From: Pavona decussata
Lineage: Eukaryota
DNA length: 64,000 nucleotides
Direction of reading: 5' to 3'
Assembly: GCA_977016875.1 (NCBI GenBank)
Contig: CDRNST010000436.1
Location: forward strand, 6,572,001-6,636,000
How positions within the stretch are numbered: position 1 is the first letter of the stretch; each line of letters begins with the position of its first letter. The position numbers and the translations under genes are program-made. The notes below the pieces were generated by a model, which worked only from the letters and a program-made list of their open reading frames with translations, was not told the DNA's origin and ran no database searches. Below are positions 62,121 through 64,000 of this stretch, piece after piece.

Positions 62121-62989
62121 CTGAAAAAAAGTTTTAGTTTAGTTAACCTTGTCTATTTCAAGACAAGACACAAAGCTATATTTAGTTTTATCAACTGGGT
62201 TGTTAAGGTAATTTGACCACTGTACAAAATTTAAGAACCTGAATTACTTTATGGTGGCCAAATTTCCTTCTCTACACAGTTGATAAAACCAAATATTCAT
62301 TTGCATTCCCGACCCACCAATGCAGCACCACAATTCCCTTAGAAACTTATTCTGTTATTTGATACAGAATGTGCTCAGTTTCCAATCAAAAACTTTTGGT
62401 TGCACTTAGCAACTTGTACCAAATAATGTAACATTTTTGAAAAAAAAAACTGAGTGCTTTGTTACACTAAAATAATCCCAAAAGGTGATTTTATCTTGTT
62501 TGGGTGCTGAAAGTTTCATGGACAAAACAATAGTAATATTATTGTAGACACTAGGCCTGCTGTACAGATATTGGACAGCATACCCTTGTACTAGGGTTGC
62601 AAAGGTAAAAAATTATATCAATATTTTTGCTCATTACATTCGTGAGAAAATAATTTCTCTTGGCCCAAAATACAAATTGGCTGAGAAAGGAAAAAAATGT
62701 AGTAGTTGCAAAGTTCCGTGGTTGGATACTGGGCAACATACTGTAGCTAATCAATGGCCAGCTCAGATTATTCCTTTTACTTGACTATTCCATTATTGAA
62801 CAATATTGATTTTACAGGTAATTTGTCTGATTTTACCATAGCTGCTATGAACGATGTAAATTATCTTTTGATTTACTTTATTTAATTTAATTTTTTTTTT
62901 GTTGTTGTTGTTATTTTGCTTTGTTTTTCTTGTCTATTATATCTCCTAGCACATTTTTCTCTGTTTTGTTTCATTCATCAGTAAAGACC

Positions 62990-64000
62990 AGGCGTGCGTT
63001 TCTCAAAACTCCCGAGAACTTCTCGGGCCCGAAAAGCTCCCCGTAAAGCTCCCGAAAATGCTCTCTGGTGTTTCTCAAAGCGCACGAAATTTTCGGGCCC
63101 GAGAAAAGTCACGTAATTTTACCCGATAATTTTCGGGTGCTAGAAAGCTCCCGAAATGCGTTTTCGGGAATGCTTTTTTCAGTTAAATGGTTGTATTGCG
63201 TTACTATTATCAAAAAAAAAAGTTATCCAAAACGAGAGTTTGAGTTAATTGACAGATACTGGGCTAGACTCAAGCTAAAAATGTTTAAAAACCAAGAGAA
63301 AATTTCTGAAAATCTCACAGGTTTACATGCGTTAGTGCGCGCAAGAACTTCGTATAGATGAACTTAAAGATTTTGTTGATTTCAGTAAATTTACGAAGGT
63401 AACTCTTACAAATCAGGTATTTTCAGTTGAACTTTCAAAGAATGACGACCGACAAGGCAAAAGAAGTGAAATTCGTACTTAAAAAACTTGATTTTTGAGA
63501 TTATGGACCAAATAAAGACAGTTTGATAGTGTCCTCAGCGGTTCGCATATTGCCGAGTTTGATAGTGTGGTTAAATTTTATATTTTAAGTGTATAACGGA
63601 CAATTAATTCTGTCTCTTTTAACGTAAATCGGGTGAGACGAAGCTCAACTTCAAAACCTACAAATGTAGTCAAATGTTTTCAAACTGAAATTGGCCTATT
63701 TACTCGCCGAGATTGCGAAAACTGTAACTGATTCATGGCGCTCGATTTCGTGCTTTAAGAATTATTAAAGGTCAACTTAAGCTTATTTTATTGTAAAATA
63801 GAAAGCTTTCACTAAGGATATAAGTCTTCATATAGTGGACAGCATTGGCCTAAGTTTTGTGTTGACTTAGAACATCTCGATCGCTTTAATCACGAACCGC
63901 AACCGAAGGCCTCATTCAAACAGTTATTACCACTCCCCGTTTGTGCATGCATCCATGGTGCATGGTAAGTAAGCGCTAGCTTAAGACACAGGCTACTGAA
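62990..64000. mobile_element. Left part of a DNA transposon/MITE, probably running out of the window
   Basis: GC-rich start GCGTTTCTCAAAACTCCCGAGAACTTCTCGGGCCCGAAAAGCTCCC with repeated CGGGCCCGA and AAAGCTCCCG units; no matching right end in the window. Confidence 0.45.

Overview
AT-rich, intron-dense animal genomic DNA. The gene content and repeat types suggest a cnidarian, probably a stony coral (inference, not proven). Seven host protein-coding genes were assembled by hand from splice sites and frame continuity: a ZXD-type 10x C2H2 zinc-finger gene (+, 5' end outside the window), GTF2F2/RAP30 (+), profilin (+), an RNF13/RNF167-like PA-TM-RING ligase (-, with one GC-AG intron), NME7 (-), an mmuM/HMT-type homocysteine S-methyltransferase (+, head-to-head with NME7 across only 164 bp), and ACSL3/4 (-, 5' end not found in the window). 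Introns and spacers hold many mobile-element relics: CR1/L2 and R4/Dong-like LINE fragments, several MITE families, a Helentron-type non-autonomous element, Penelope-type ends with hammerhead-ribozyme motifs, and many hairpins and palindromes. The most notable items are (i) a ~3.35 kb element (20873-24216) bounded by ~100 bp imperfect inverted repeats, carrying a decayed spliced DUF6589/Academ-like gene, whose ETS/NRF1-rich right end abuts the profilin promoter, and (ii) a 93-bp-arm inverted repeat carrying a minimal hammerhead motif with a U3-A8 covariant core. No CRISPR arrays, rRNA genes or intact tRNA genes were seen.
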